Below, piece after piece: positions 37,107 to 50,033 of a stretch of 64,000 nucleotides of DNA. The notes under the pieces are model-generated. The model was not told where the DNA came from and made no database searches. It saw nothing but the letters and a program-made list of their open reading frames with translations. The stretch covers positions 57,412,001 to 57,476,000 of the forward strand of contig OX638153.1 of assembly GCA_951804945.1 (NCBI GenBank), in the 5' to 3' direction. How positions within the stretch are numbered: position 1 is the stretch's first letter; every line of letters begins with the position of its first letter. Origin of the DNA: Podarcis cretensis. Taxonomy: Eukaryota. A program made the translations under genes and the position numbers.

Positions 37107-39924
37107 TCTTGGCCTCTCCCTGCTCCTTCCCAAAAGCGTTAGTAAAAGGTGGCGCAAGTTTTCTTTTTTTGCAGTAACTAGCACGTAAAAATATTGTAAA
37201 CATCTCCACCAGACTGAATGCTTCACCCAACCCACACAAATAATTCATGATCCTCGGTTTGCATCCAGAAAGAAATGAAACAAAAAACTGACAAAAGCCA
37301 AGGCTGCTGTGTTAGGAGAGGGAGAGCATTTGAATGAGAGCAGTGTGCCGGAAATGCCCCAGTTTGAAGACTGCATATCTAGCATTTTATGGAACTGGAG
37401 GGGAATCTGAGATTAAAGCTCATTCCCTAGTGATTGAAGGATTGTGGGAGGTGTAAGTGTGGGCAGTTGTCAGATTAATTCTTTAGATGATTAAATTCTT
37501 TTTGTTTCTTTAAAGCTGTTTGTAGTCATGTTTGAAGTCTCTTCATTCTGAGCGAGTGTAATGCTGCAGTTACCAAGGTGACTTTTGCTGACTTTCAACT
37601 ATTTCTTCCCCCATCTTCTGTTCTTACCAACAGCCTGAATTGGTTTTTAAATCTTGTGAACTGAGATGAACAACAGTGCTGTTAGCCGCAGTGCTGTTAG
37701 CTGCAGCCACATTAGACTTTGGCACTGGGCTTGTGCAGCAGTTGGCCAAACTGGTAACCTGCAGCAAAACCACATACTGCAGCATCTCCTTATCTTTTTA
37801 CTATATGCAAAATGACTGAAGAAACAACCTGGTTAAAACACGCCATGACCACATGCACAAACCTGCAACCACCGTTGGTCCTCTTGCCACATTAGAAATG
37901 GATGGCTGAAATCAGCATCCCTTTATGCCAATTTGTAAAAATCTTTAGACCCTTGGAGATATTCCAACATTTACTTGCTACACAAAGTTTAACCATTCCA
38001 TTCTTGGTTTAAAATAAAAAAGTCACATGCACAAAACTACCGCAGACACAGAACTCCTTGCAAACTCTTACTTTGCAGCAAACTATATTTAGCAATTTTA
38101 TCCAAACCAGACAAATTCTGCTTTGCAAAAGCCAGAGATTGCAAGCAAAGCAGAGTTCACAGGTAGCTGAAGAAGGAATCTAACCACACAAATTCAAGGC
38201 TCAATAATATAATGCCAAACCACAGTTTGATGCTACATTTTAACTGACACTATGTCCATTTTATATGCTAGGATAGGACAATTCAGCAAACAGGAAAATG
38301 ATAATTGGATGTTAGTAGAGTTTAACTTGCATGTAGTGCAACAACCTTGGCACTGTGAAAGTCAGTCTCCTCCACTTCACAACTGAACTGGAAAAAAGAC
38401 CGCATTTGAGCGCTATTAAGCTGAGTAAGACATTTATACTTCAATTTTGCCATATTCATAGTTGAGAAAGCCTTACTGCCTAGAATATTGCTTTGGTTAG
38501 CCCATTATTTAAACTGCTTTTAGATTCTCATACCACACAACTTCCCTGTGCTTCACCTGAACAAATGGTGCACTCACACTAATTCCATGTTGTATCACAG
38601 ACTACAAATGGTCTTTAGAACATTCTAACTGAGAAAAGGTGTTTAACAGATACATGAAAAATAATTTGAGTTACATTCAACTAGGTCCTACTCAGGAGTA
38701 GAACTGGCACCCACCCTTTTATTTCTAATCCCATTTTGAGGTATTGAGACCATCGGTTTGATCTACATCTCCTAGATTTCTAGTGGGATGCAGAGGCAGC
38801 TTTAAATATGTTAAGGTTTCTGGTGCAGGATTTATTGTACTGAGAACAATTAAGAAGTCTGGCTGATCTTTGCTACTCTGAGCCAGGGCATTTCATACCA
38901 GCCCATTATGCTGAAAGCATGCTTAAGACTGTTGCCAGTTCTGACAGTTGTGTGCCCGTGCTAGCCTTTCTTCTGACATCCATCACAAAGTATGCACCAG
39001 AAAGAATAAAATACAGCTTCAGCATACACAACCATTCTAATACTCCAATTTTACTACATATACCAGTTCTCTCTTATGCATTTTATTTGGCCAAAAGGCA
39101 GAGAACTAACCTTTTCCATGATGGTATATATTATGATACCTGGAAGTAAGAGAGCTTTTCATTTTTCAAATCCTGACTATCTGAGGTGCTCCCATGGTTC
39201 CCCTCATTTTCCTTAGAAGCTGCATATCTTAACTCTCCATCTTACTCATTGATCTGCCTTGCCCTTGCTCCAACACAATATGCAATGCATGGCTACCTAA
39301 ACTGTGTTCTAGCTGCATCTGGGTGGGCTTAAACAATCTAAACCACCACCCTTAACAAGACCCTAATCCTAAAGATTTGTTCTGGTTCTGAGACTCTGAA
39401 AAAAGTCTCCATGTCCGTGACAGTACACTGCCATGGTTGAATTTGCTCTATTTGCAGGTGAAAAATGCTTGGGATCAAGCTATTTGAAAGGCTTAGCATA
39501 ACATAGTTTAAGAACTCCTTTCTAAACTGAGAGCAAGAGTACTGGGTAACCAATATGAATACTTTTTGCAGGTTTGCTAGTCATACGTTTCAGCATATAC
39601 ACTGAGTCAATAAGTGCTATGAACAAAAGCATAATTTTGATAATTTTGTCTATAGGCCTCCACTTACTAGGCTAATGAGAAAAGAACCTACATCACAGGT
39701 AGCAATAACCTTCTTTAGTATGCTCTGAAGAGTTTAAGATCAAACGCAATGCAAGATATATTGCTCTGGTAGAGAACTTGTCTTCAGCTTAAAGTTTGTA
39801 GACCTAATACCATGTGCCACTATCCTTGGCCAAACCAAAGTCCAATCTGAAAGGTAAATTCTGTGGCCAGTGCCAGATGCTTCTGATCAAGTGCATGGAA
39901 AGCTGCAGAAAAAAAGTCTTCTTT

Positions 39925-39953
39925 AAACAAAACAAAACAAAACAAAACAAAAC
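39925..39953. repeat. (AAAAC)n microsatellite
   Basis: Seen directly. Confidence 0.95.
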
Positions 39954-42900
39954 CTGAGGATACTAGAGGCCTGTTTAAGAACTGCTGCAAGTAATTTAGG
40001 CTGCCCCATAACCTCACTAGCCTGGGAGTGAACCCCATCAAATTCAGTAGAACTGTTAGATAAATTTCTTCCTTTCAATAACTTTCCTTTGAGAGAAACT
40101 GAAACAGTAATTAGAAAGAACACTCATAACTAGTGTTCATGTTAATCCACATACTACCTGCTTTATCAATAGTAACTGGTTCTTCATATAGCTCTGAGAA
40201 TATATCCAAAAGCATTTACAAAACTGAAAATCCTTTCAGCTATCCACCAAACTGAGCACACATACATCCCACCAATCCCCCCCCCCCCAGAACATTGAGA
40301 AGTAGCTGCATTTGATTCATGCAGAATGCAGGAGAATATTTTCCATCACTATGTTCCATAGGATCAAGTAAAATGGCAAAGACTATTGATTCCTGTGCTT
40401 GTTTGCTCCCAGCAGTTGCTGGAAGCCAAGCATGTGAAAGGATTCTCTGTCACACCCCTTGGAGGTAAGGCAACTGGGAATATGGCAACAATCACCATAC
40501 CATCACTTCCTTACTTCCACTAGCTTAAAAGGCCAATAGCTCAGTTCAGAGGTAGGTCTCCTTAAATATCTGAAGCCCAAAGAAGCAACATTCATGCAGA
40601 CATGCAATCGCATCTCTAGCCCAGCCCAGCATAGAGTGTATTGCAGTTTATTGATTATGCAACAGAGGGCGATCTAATGCTACTTCATGGAAGAAAGAAA
40701 ACAAATATTCCCTGTTAACTGTTATTCTTAGACTCTTCTGTTCAGTCACACACACACACAGGACTGAATCTGCACAGTTCCCCCTTCCTCTATAACCATC
40801 TGGAAGCAAATAGTAGGGCACAGTAGCTTCTCATTTAGTTATTTCACACCACCGAAAATCTGCAATTCAAATCATGTCAGTTATATTCCTCTTGAAGAGG
40901 AGAGGAGTACAATGCAATTTCAACATAAAAGGTAAGAATCTTCATTTTCTTCATGACGTGCGATCCTACATACAGGAGACCAGCAAACTAGCTTACCTGG
41001 GAAAATCTGTCAATTACACAACTTAAGAACTGCCTGTTCTATTGCTGCAGCCTCTCTTGGTTGGAGGACCCTAGTGTAGGCTGGATGATCTTTAAGAAGA
41101 TTAAGAAAGACCATGTTGCCCTCCTGAAATGTCTGTTAGGTATTAGCCTTACCAGAAAGCAACAGAGGATAACAAAGACAATCAGCCAGACTACTGTACA
41201 TACAAAGTCTACATCTCTGAGAAAGACTGGCAAGATACCAGCAGACCTTTTTGCTATTGGCAAAACCTGTGGAACAGCTGGAAATTTTGATAATTCCTGG
41301 TTCTGATTAAACGAGAAAGTAAGGGCTTGACAAAACACAAGTGTGGAGAGAGAGAGTATGGAACACAATGCAAGTAATAAAGGCTTCTTAGGCTGCATCA
41401 AACCTATCCTACAACAACCTCTCACGTTCCTTTGCTTGTTCATAATCTTATTCTTTGCTAACAGTACACACCACCTCTGTGGAGTTTATTCAAACACCCT
41501 CAAGACTCATGTCACTGATCTTTATTCCAGTGAACTGACTTGTGACTTGGGTTCTGAGATCACAAACAACCTCCCTTTCAATGAGTATACCAACCTGTCA
41601 CAAGTATTTAGAGCACTCTGGAACAGCATCTTTGACAAGGGTATAAACCACATGTTGTCTGAGAGCAATATTCCACCACCATTTTGGGGTGGTTCTAAAA
41701 TATACATTTTTGGGGAGGGATGAAAGTAAGCTATTAAAGTTCTAACAAACTATGACAAAAGGCACTTGGAAGTAGTAGTAGGTGTAGTAGTAGTCGCAGC
41801 AGTTATTATTATTTAATGAAATTTATACTCTCCTACTGTAAAGCCCATCTAAACTTAACTTTTAAAAACCCCACTCCCTCTCTTTTCTTGTGACAGGCAA
41901 CAACAAACTTCCTTTTGTGTACCTGGAAATTATCATTTTGGGACCACCCTACTCTTTTGTAAGTCTTTGTACATCAGAGGCCGACTTTCCCAACCTGGTG
42001 CCTTCCAAATATTTTCAACTACAACTGCCACCAACTAGCACAACCAATAGTCAGAGGGTGGTGAAAGCAGTATCAAAAACATCTGGAGGACACCAGGCTG
42101 GTGAAGCCTATCAGATTATAACTACCTGGACTCAGTGCATCTCTAGGAAACACTGAAGTATGTGTTTCTCGTTCGTTTTGCTGGCATCCCCACTGTCTCA
42201 GGGATAGCTTTTATTGTTAATCATTAAATTGCCATTTTGTTACACTCTCTCAATAAAACTCCATTTGCGTTCTTCTCTCTGTTGTTCCCTGTATGCCTTA
42301 CACGAGGGCACTGGACTAAAACAAGGCAAAGCTACTCATGCTACACTCCTGTGTATTTTAATAAGTGAGCTAGTTTCTGAGTCAGCTCTACCAGATGGAC
42401 AGCAGCTTATCCTCTGGCAGAACAGGCAGGGCTGCAGTGGGAAAGTGTCTCCCTAGCACACGCAAAGCCTCAGTCATTTGTGTTCAGGAATATTTTATTC
42501 CCTGAACAGAGAAGCCATCTGCAGACGTGTTTAGGGATGTGTGGTTAGAGCAAGCTGGGGCAGGCAAGTAGAGACAAGCTATATATACTTCTGATATTCC
42601 TTTGAAGGGACAAAGCCCTACAATAAAGGAAATGTACCGCCAAATCAGGAATCAAGTAGCGAATTGGCAATGGATCATTTGCATTGGTTCCAGATGGGTT
42701 TTCTGGCAAGATTCAAGCTTGTGTATCTTGAGTTCAGAACACAAAAGTCCACAAGTTATTCCTGCAAGGAATGGCACACTTAGTGTAGCCAACTAAATTT
42801 TACTCCGAGTAGGGCAATTAAATTAATGGATCAAAGTTAGCCATGCTCATTATTTTCAATGGGTTTACAATAGGTAAGACTATAATTTGCTACAACCCAA

Positions 42901-43734
42901 AGATAGCAGAATTGTTGTTGATGTTGGTGCCGCCTCAAACAGGGCACTGTGCATCCCTATTCATGCGCTTTTTTAAAAACCATCAATGCCATGCGTAAGA
43001 TGAAATATGAAGATATATGTCTTTCAGGTCCAAGGGCACAAACTGCTCAGTGGAGCAGGATTTCTAGCAAACAAGGCATATGGAGTTCTACATGGCCAAA
43101 ACATGTTCAACAACAAAAGATCTAATACTGGAGGGCAACCATCTGCCTATCTTGGGAACTGCAAATTAGTAAGAACAATCCCTTGCTCTCCTCCCCAAGG
43201 GGAACTGTTCTCTCACTCTTGAACAGAAGTGTTTCTGACTCCTGTAGAAGGAAGAGATTCTGACAATCCTTGCAATGTCCTGGTCTCTGTCAAGATGATT
43301 AAGAAGACTCTGTTAGAACTCTATAAAGAGCAACTGGTTCTGAAATGGATGGACACAATGTTCCAAGTAATGGATTCCCACACTAGAAGGATGTAATTAA
43401 GCTGATACCCATACGAATGGCTGGCCAGGATGCAGTGCTTACAGATAAAGTTACTAAGGCTCTGTCTCTCATGGGAAGTCCGAGTTGGCTACGCTTTTTC
43501 ACAGACTTTTAACAAGATTCAACAATGTAATCCTCTCCAAGGTATACTGAATAGCAAATGAAGATGAGATCTTGCCCTCGGAAAGACAGTGTTTTTTAAA
43601 ATAATTCACCCCTTTGAGTCATCTACAGATAGCAGACACTGACAGTGCTAAGAATCACCTTTGAGAACAAATTCTGCTCCTCGTTACTATCACAAAAGAG
43701 AGTACGAAGGAAAAACATCAAAAAAAGAAATGTA

Positions 43735-44087
43735 CAGTGGTGCCTCGCAAGACGAAAAGAATCCGTTCCGCGATTCTCTTCGTCTAGCGGTTTTTTCGTC
43801 TTGCGAAGCAAGCCCATTGACGAATTAGCGGATTAGCGCTATTAGCGGCTTAGCGGCTTTTAGCAGCTTTAAGCGGCTTATCAGCTTAGCGGATAAGCAG
43901 ATAAGCGGCTTAGCGGCTTAGAAAAAGGGGGGGAAGGAAAAAAAAGTCGGAAAAACTCGCAAGACATTTCGTCTTGCAAAGCAAGCCCATAGGGAAATTC
44001 GTTTTGCGAAGCGCCTCCAAAACGGAAAACCCTTTCGTCTAGCGGGTTTTTCCTCTTGCGAGGCATTCGTCTTGTGGGGCACCACTG
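43735..44087 (-). mobile_element. Tigger/pogo-like MITE, family A copy 2 (inverted relative to copy 1)
   Basis: Same TIRs and interior in reverse complement; TA TSD. Confidence 0.93.
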
Positions 44088-44856
44088 TATAATAGTTATA
44101 CAAACAAATTTCAGAGTACAATGCTCTTCTTTATTGCTACTAATGCACTGGTCTTAATCTCATGTGTGAAGTGCAAAAGGCCTTCAAATGAAGGGAAGGA
44201 TGAACATATGCTTCCAAGAAGGCTCTACTATTAACTGAATGGCAAGCAGGAGAAACATAAAATACCCCAAGTATCAGTGACAGGCCTCCAAATTTACTCA
44301 CTCGCTTGCAGTCCATAAGTAGTCATGCTTATGTTCTTTTTTTGCAATTAAGTTTATTAGTTTATCAATATTCCCCCAATAATAGCCAAATTATAGCAAT
44401 ATCAATTAATTTCATAACAATATCAGTTAATTGCCATGCTTATGTTCTGCCCACCCATTGATAAGATCACTTAGGCCTGTTTTGCAGAGCCCCGTTTATT
44501 TAATCCATTAGTATCTATGTTCCTATCTGGCCATCATCCACTTTGCTTATATCATCTACTTTGTCAGTCTGGTAACACCATGGATGACTTAACTATCAGA
44601 GGTCCTCACTGTGTAATTCTTGGTCATCTGTCTATAAATTCTGAACCTGCTCTAAAACACAAGCCTACCTTTATGTTGCATTCTCCCTTTTCAATTTCTG
44701 TCTTTTAGATTGTGAGCCATACAGAAGTATTGCATAAAGAACTATCACCAGGTTAGAAACATTAAGCCAGTCTTTCCTTCCATTATTTTCCCAAGGCTAA
44801 GCCAAATTAGACACATCTTCCACCACCTCAGGACCCAAACACAAGACTAAACTTAC

Positions 44857-44968
44857 GGAGCTCTGTCATTATTCAGTCCATTCTGTCTCTGATGGTTAAT
44901 TGGGGGCAGAACAGGCTTGCTGTTAATCTCAAGTCCCCTTCGCAGAGTCTCCCGAATTTGCTCTGTAT
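44857..44968 (-). CDS. SUFU: SUFU coding exon 8 (112 nt): DTEQIRETLRRGLEINSKPVLPPINHQRQNGLNNDRA(P)
   Basis: Manual translation; ttcAG acceptor, GTAAGT donor. Confidence 0.98.
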
Positions 44969-45890
44969 CTGAAACGATAGTTAAAAAACTGAGTCAGGTT
45001 CAGTTCAGATGGTCCTCCAGAGCATGGACCGGAAGATTAGAAACAAACTTCACACGCTTCCCCACTCATATGGCTTCCTTCCTTTCCTGCACTAAGACAA
45101 ACTATTCTTGGCTGATTTGGGAGCCGCCGAGTGGCTGGGCAACCCAGTCAGGGGTGTGTGTGTATGTTTGTGTAAATTTACTGTTGTTGTTGTTGTTATT
45201 CATGGTGCTTACCCTCCAAACCACAATCAGAAGCTACAGAAGAAGAAGTTAAATGTAATTTTGTTTGTTTTAAAAGAGAGTAGTTGCGGGATGTGGGGAG
45301 ATGAAACACCACAGAACCGACACTAACTGCTGAGCAGCACACAGAGTACAAAGTGATTCAGGTTTGCTATAAATAAATGAGCAAAAATTGAGAGGGTTGG
45401 GAGAGCTAAACCTTGAGTTTTGGGCTTTGAATTTAACTTGATATAACAAAAAATTCAAGTTCCATACGAAGCAACTTTGCTCATAAAATAATCATATTAA
45501 ATTTAATGAAGACCTCTTAAAGCACACCAAATATCTGGTTTCCTGTTTTAATACATAACTTGATGCAGTACAGCCTCCCAATTTCATAATTTTAGCCATG
45601 CCTTCTACCACTTTTAAAAATACCTGTGATTATCAAGTATGTGACTTGTAAAAAGAATTTTTTAAAATAGGGAACTATCTTCTTAAAATAGTCCAAAAAC
45701 ATTATATTTTTTGTATGCTGACATCGGATGAAAACAAAAGATCAAGGTTGTAATGGAGGAATACTGCAAGTATTTCAAGTTGTAAACAAATTGTACCTAT
45801 TTAGAAACACAACAGGGTGAGAACTCCATCCAACTTAGCTGTGATGCCGAGAAAACAACCTTCTGAGTGGCTTTCCGGGTTCCCTCTTAC

Positions 45891-46044
45891 CTTTCCCAGA
45901 CAATCGTCGGGGATGTGTGCCAATGCAGATACTTCTACTGTCTTCGTCATCCTCTGGCGGCCGGCTAAGATCATCCCAGGCACACTTAGCACTGACACCA
46001 CTCAGGTTCGAACCGTCTGTCTCAATCCCTTTATCAACTCTGTC
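45891..46044 (-). CDS. SUFU: SUFU coding exon 7 (154 nt): DRVDKGIETDGSNLSGVSAKCAWDDLSRPPEDDEDSRSICIGTHPRRLSGK
   Basis: Contained in ORF 45835..46104; cAG acceptor, GTAAGA donor. Confidence 0.98.
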
Positions 46045-46529
46045 CTGCTTAAAAAAGATCCAAAACAGCCAAGTCTTTTGAAGCCAAAATCCCACCTGTG
46101 CCACTACAGGAACTACAACCTCATGGAGTATGTTTTCCTAGATTGTGGTTCACCAACACAGAGCCTGTGGATGCCCGCAAGTCTTCAAACTCCTGCCTTG
46201 TCATCCCACCCCCCACCCCGGCTCCTTGAAATTAGGCTTCAAAGCAGCCTTCTGGTGAAAACAAAGGAAATAAGATTCCACTACCCTTGAAAAAATGCAA
46301 CTTAACAGAGTTAAAGGGAAAACATTCAATTCTAAACTGTATAAAAATAGATTTTTAATATTCCATAAGATAAAATGAACGTGTAAATGAATATAAATAT
46401 AAGTACTTCTTTTTCACTTACAAGCCACTGCCAATTAAAAACAAGGGCTTCTAAAAACAAAACAGCCAGACACATTTCAACACTGAGTCTTTTTCTGTGG
46501 CTCAGTCATTATTATCTAAGACAAAGGTA

Positions 46530-47374
46530 CCGTATTTTTCGCCCTATAGGACGCACTTTTTCCCCTCCAAAAATGAAGGGGAAATGTGTGTGCGTCTTAT
46601 GGGGCGAATGCAGGCTTTCGCTGAAGCCTGGAGAGCGAGAGGCGTCGGTGCGCACCGACACCTCTCGCTCTCCAGGCTCCAGGAAGCTATCCGCAAGCCT
46701 TGCGTGCCCGGGGGAACTCCCCCCGGGCGCGCAAGGCTTGCGGGCGGCAGCCTGCAGTGCGGAGCACGGGACGCCCTTTGGAGGACGCCCCGTGCTTCGC
46801 GCAGGTGTCCACAAGCCTTGCGCGCCCGGGGGAACTCCCCCCGGCGCGCAGGGCTTGCGGGCGGCAGCCGGCAGCGCGGAGCACGGGGCGCCCTCCGGAG
46901 GACGCCCGTGCTTCGCGCAGGTGTCTGTAGCCTGCCGCCCGGCGGGAGCAGAGTGACCCGCGCGCCAGACAGACATCTGCAGCGTGGGGAGCCCTGCAGG
47001 AGTTCCCCGCAGGGCTCCCCACACTGCGGATAGCAGCCTGCCGCCCGGCGGGTGGGGCGCCCTGAAGCAGAGCGCCCCGCGCCGGACAGACATCCGCAGC
47101 ATGGGGAGCCTTGCAGGAGTTCCCCGCAGGGCTCCCCACGCTGCGGATAGCAGCCTGCCGCTCGGTGCGTGTGGCGCCCTGAAGCAGAGCACCCCGCGCG
47201 CCGGACAGACATCGGCCAGCCCCACAAGCTCGGGGGACAGCGGGGAGGTGCAGCGCCACCATCCCACTGTTCCCCGACCTGGTTGGGGGGGGGGGAAATA
47301 AAGGAAAAATTTTTTTCCTTTATTTCCCCCCCCCCCAAAAAAAGTAGGTGCGTCCTATGGGACGAAAAATACGG
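46530..47374 (+). mobile_element. Tc2/pogo-type non-autonomous element with internal GC-rich palindrome array
   Basis: TIRs CCGTATTTTTCGCCCTATAGGACGCAC / GTGCGTCCTATGGGACGAAAAATACGG, TA TSD. Subterminal aaggggaaatgtgtgtgcgtcttat shared with the 35723 element. Confidence 0.92.
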
Positions 47375-47671
47375 TAAGTAGAAATCGTTATAGTCAAAAT
47401 CCCACACAGGCAAAACATTATTTCAGAAACAAAAATATAATTCAATTACTCACCCTTATGCCTCATTAAAAAAACTTTTTAAACTGGAATGATAACCTAA
47501 GTGTCCATACATTTCTACAAATCAATGAATTCCATTGAAGACATATAAACACATTTCAAATATCAATGCAAAGCCATTCTGGAATATTAAAATATGGAAT
47601 ATTAAAACTCTATATTTATACAACTTATAATGAAAAGCCTTCTAGTGTGGCCTTTAGAAGACTTTTTCCAA

Positions 47672-47969
47672 GGCTAATTACAGCAGGGGAGGGTGACTTT
47701 GAGGGTCACAGCTGGGGAGGAAAGGGTTAATCCTCTTCTTTGGAGTGAACCTCACCCTGAAACCACCCCCCTCACCACGATTAAGATTCAAGGAAGCCTT
47801 CTATTGGCTATAATAAAAGGCTTCTTTGAAGTCTAATTCCAAAGGAGGGGCAAAGTCTGAAGTTGTCACTGCTGGAGAAGGGAAGGATTACTCTTTCCTT
47901 CCCCGCCCCCATCCAAGCAGCTGTGACCTCCCCACCAAAACATCCACACACTCCCCACTGTAATTAGGC
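47672..47969. mobile_element. Old fully palindromic MITE-like element
   Basis: ctaattacag/ctgtaattag, ggtcacagctg/cagctgtgacc, ttcaaggaagccttctatt/aataaaaggcttctttgaa. Confidence 0.75.
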
Positions 47970-49381
47970 TTTAAAGTAGCTTTCTACCATAACATGTCCC
48001 TCTGTCCCCCAAGGTAATTTATGGGGTGGAGAAAACTGTGCGTGTGTGATCTCCTAGCTGAGGAGCCACAGTTAACTCTTACCTCCCCAGCTGAACTCTC
48101 CAGGAATATCACAGGCTGAAACACTTCCGCCCCCCCCCAAAAAAAACTAATTGCAGGGGGGAGAAGGGATTGTGTATGCCTTTGTATGGTTGCCATGTGA
48201 GCACTTGGTGGTGTGTGTTTGGAACCCAAGGTAGAGTCTCTAAGTTTGCAAATGGAAAATTGGAGATCCCCATTCTACATTTTATTGGCAGTCAGCATTT
48301 GAGAAATGAAGGGCTTTTATACTGTCCCACATTGTGCTAAAGGAAAGGAAATGTGAGCCACAGCTTTTAATTCATCAAAACTAAATTTTGCAAAAAGTTG
48401 TTACATCAAGAATAGGTTTCAATGAATCCTCAATACATCCTCCCGACACGCGTCACTTGTGATTATCAAATTTCCCCCTTTGAACAGTGCCTGACTGTCG
48501 AAGAATCAACTTCATAGTGATTCTACAAGGTTAAATCTGAATGTCTGAATGAAAAGTTCTGAACATAGTATTCCTGCATTACATGCAAACCAGAAATTCA
48601 AAATGTAGACAGAGCAACTTAGGAAAATTACTTGTGTCAGCTTCTAAAATTCACCACCAGATGTTGCTGTTAAGCTAAATATAGCAGTGAAGGGAGCCTT
48701 ACAAGGAGAAGCAACTGCAGCAGTTTAATGTAAAAACCAAGGAGAAAATATTTATTCAAATTTTCTTTTCACATGCAAACATATACACTCAACTCTAATG
48801 GAACTACATTTAAGAAACTTATTTCTCTGCTGCACCAATCAAATATGCTTAGCTCTTTAGCATGGTGAAAGAAAATTTCACTCTGGCCTACCAGACTCAC
48901 ACATGCAGTGTTTCGCCGTTTTTAATGCCAAATTTGGAAAGGTAAGCTTCTCCTACTACAAGAACAAAATTCTGTATTAAATGTATTTATGAACAGTTTG
49001 ACATTGTGCTTTATTAAGAGTTGTACAGAGGTAATTGCTTTTCAGCTTTTTGTACTGTATGGTTGCTGTGTTGTTCAATATGATCTGAAGAGAACCAGAG
49101 TATGCTGTGTTGGTTATTATGTCCTTCTGGTGAAGGTTAGTATATAAAATTCTTCATAATTACATGTGCTAAATTTCTGCACAACTGTTAAAGGCACAGG
49201 AACTCTACTCTGTCATTGTTGTACCTTGTAAACTTGCGGAGAAAACTGCATGTAGCAAGTGACTTCCCCATTCATTCCCACCCTCTCCAAAGCACATGTG
49301 CACTAGAAAACAGACAAGGCAGGGAAAATAGAGGTTCAGTAGGGTAGGAGACTGAGCTGCTTGTGGCCCAGTTGCCCAATA

Positions 49382-49709
49382 CAGTGGTGCCCCGAAGACG
49401 AACACCTCGCAAGACGGAAAACCCGCTAGACGAAAGGGTTTTCCATTTTGGAGGCGCTTCGCAAAACGAATTTCCCTATGGGCTTGCTTCGCAAGATGAA
49501 AATGTCTTGCAAGTTCCTGCGGGGTTTTTTTCCTTTTTTCCCCCTTTTCCTAAGCCCTAAGCCGCTTATCAGCTGATCCGCTAAAAGCCGCTAAACCGCT
49601 AATAGCGATAATCCGCTAAGCTGTCAATGTGCTTGCTTCACAAGACGAAAAAACCGCTATACGAAGAGCTTCACGGAACGGATTAATTTCGTCTTGCGAG
49701 GCACCACTG
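49382..49709 (+). mobile_element. Tigger/pogo-like MITE, family A copy 3
   Basis: TIR and interior as copy 1; TA TSD. Confidence 0.93.
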
Positions 49710-49960
49710 TATTAAGCTGTTGAAATGAGTTCAGGGACACTCAGTGAAGCCAATCACACTTTGATCAGGCAATCAGTGATCTACAACCATTGCCTCTGGG
49801 AAACGGTATTCCAAAGATACCCAGGTTGAGTCCCAGCAGCTTCTGACAGTAATCAACAAGTCTATCCTGAGCACATTCAGTTATCAGAAGGTAGCTGTTC
49901 CTCATGACTAAGAAAGCAATGCTCTGCTGTCATCTAGGACCAGATTGAGTAGTTACATAC

Positions 49961-50033
49961 TTGCAGGTGTGGATCTATTTCAAATATGGTCTCTCCACGT
50001 CGCATGTCTGTTATCAACCATGGGCCTCCTGCT
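49961..50033 (-). CDS. SUFU: SUFU coding exon 6 (73 nt): AGGPWLITDMRRGETIFEIDPHLQ
   Basis: Manual translation; T-rich tract plus tAG acceptor, GTATGT donor. Confidence 0.98.

Noticed and set aside
43623-44121. Recurring short ORFs (also 35606, 49363, 61381)
   Set aside because: Translations of family A MITEs.
46621-47338. CRISPR- or integron-like array interpretation
   Set aside because: No constant repeat with unique spacers, no cas or integrase gene, vertebrate intron context, bounded by TIRs and a TA TSD.
46387-47413. Overlapping 100-290 aa ORFs on both strands
   Set aside because: They arise from the stop-poor GC-rich palindrome array; translations are repetitive with no transposase or other domain.
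17812-47608. Scattered 15-20 bp tandem duplications (about 17816, 26823, 29386, 47580)
   Set aside because: Ordinary slippage or repair microduplications with no shared motif.
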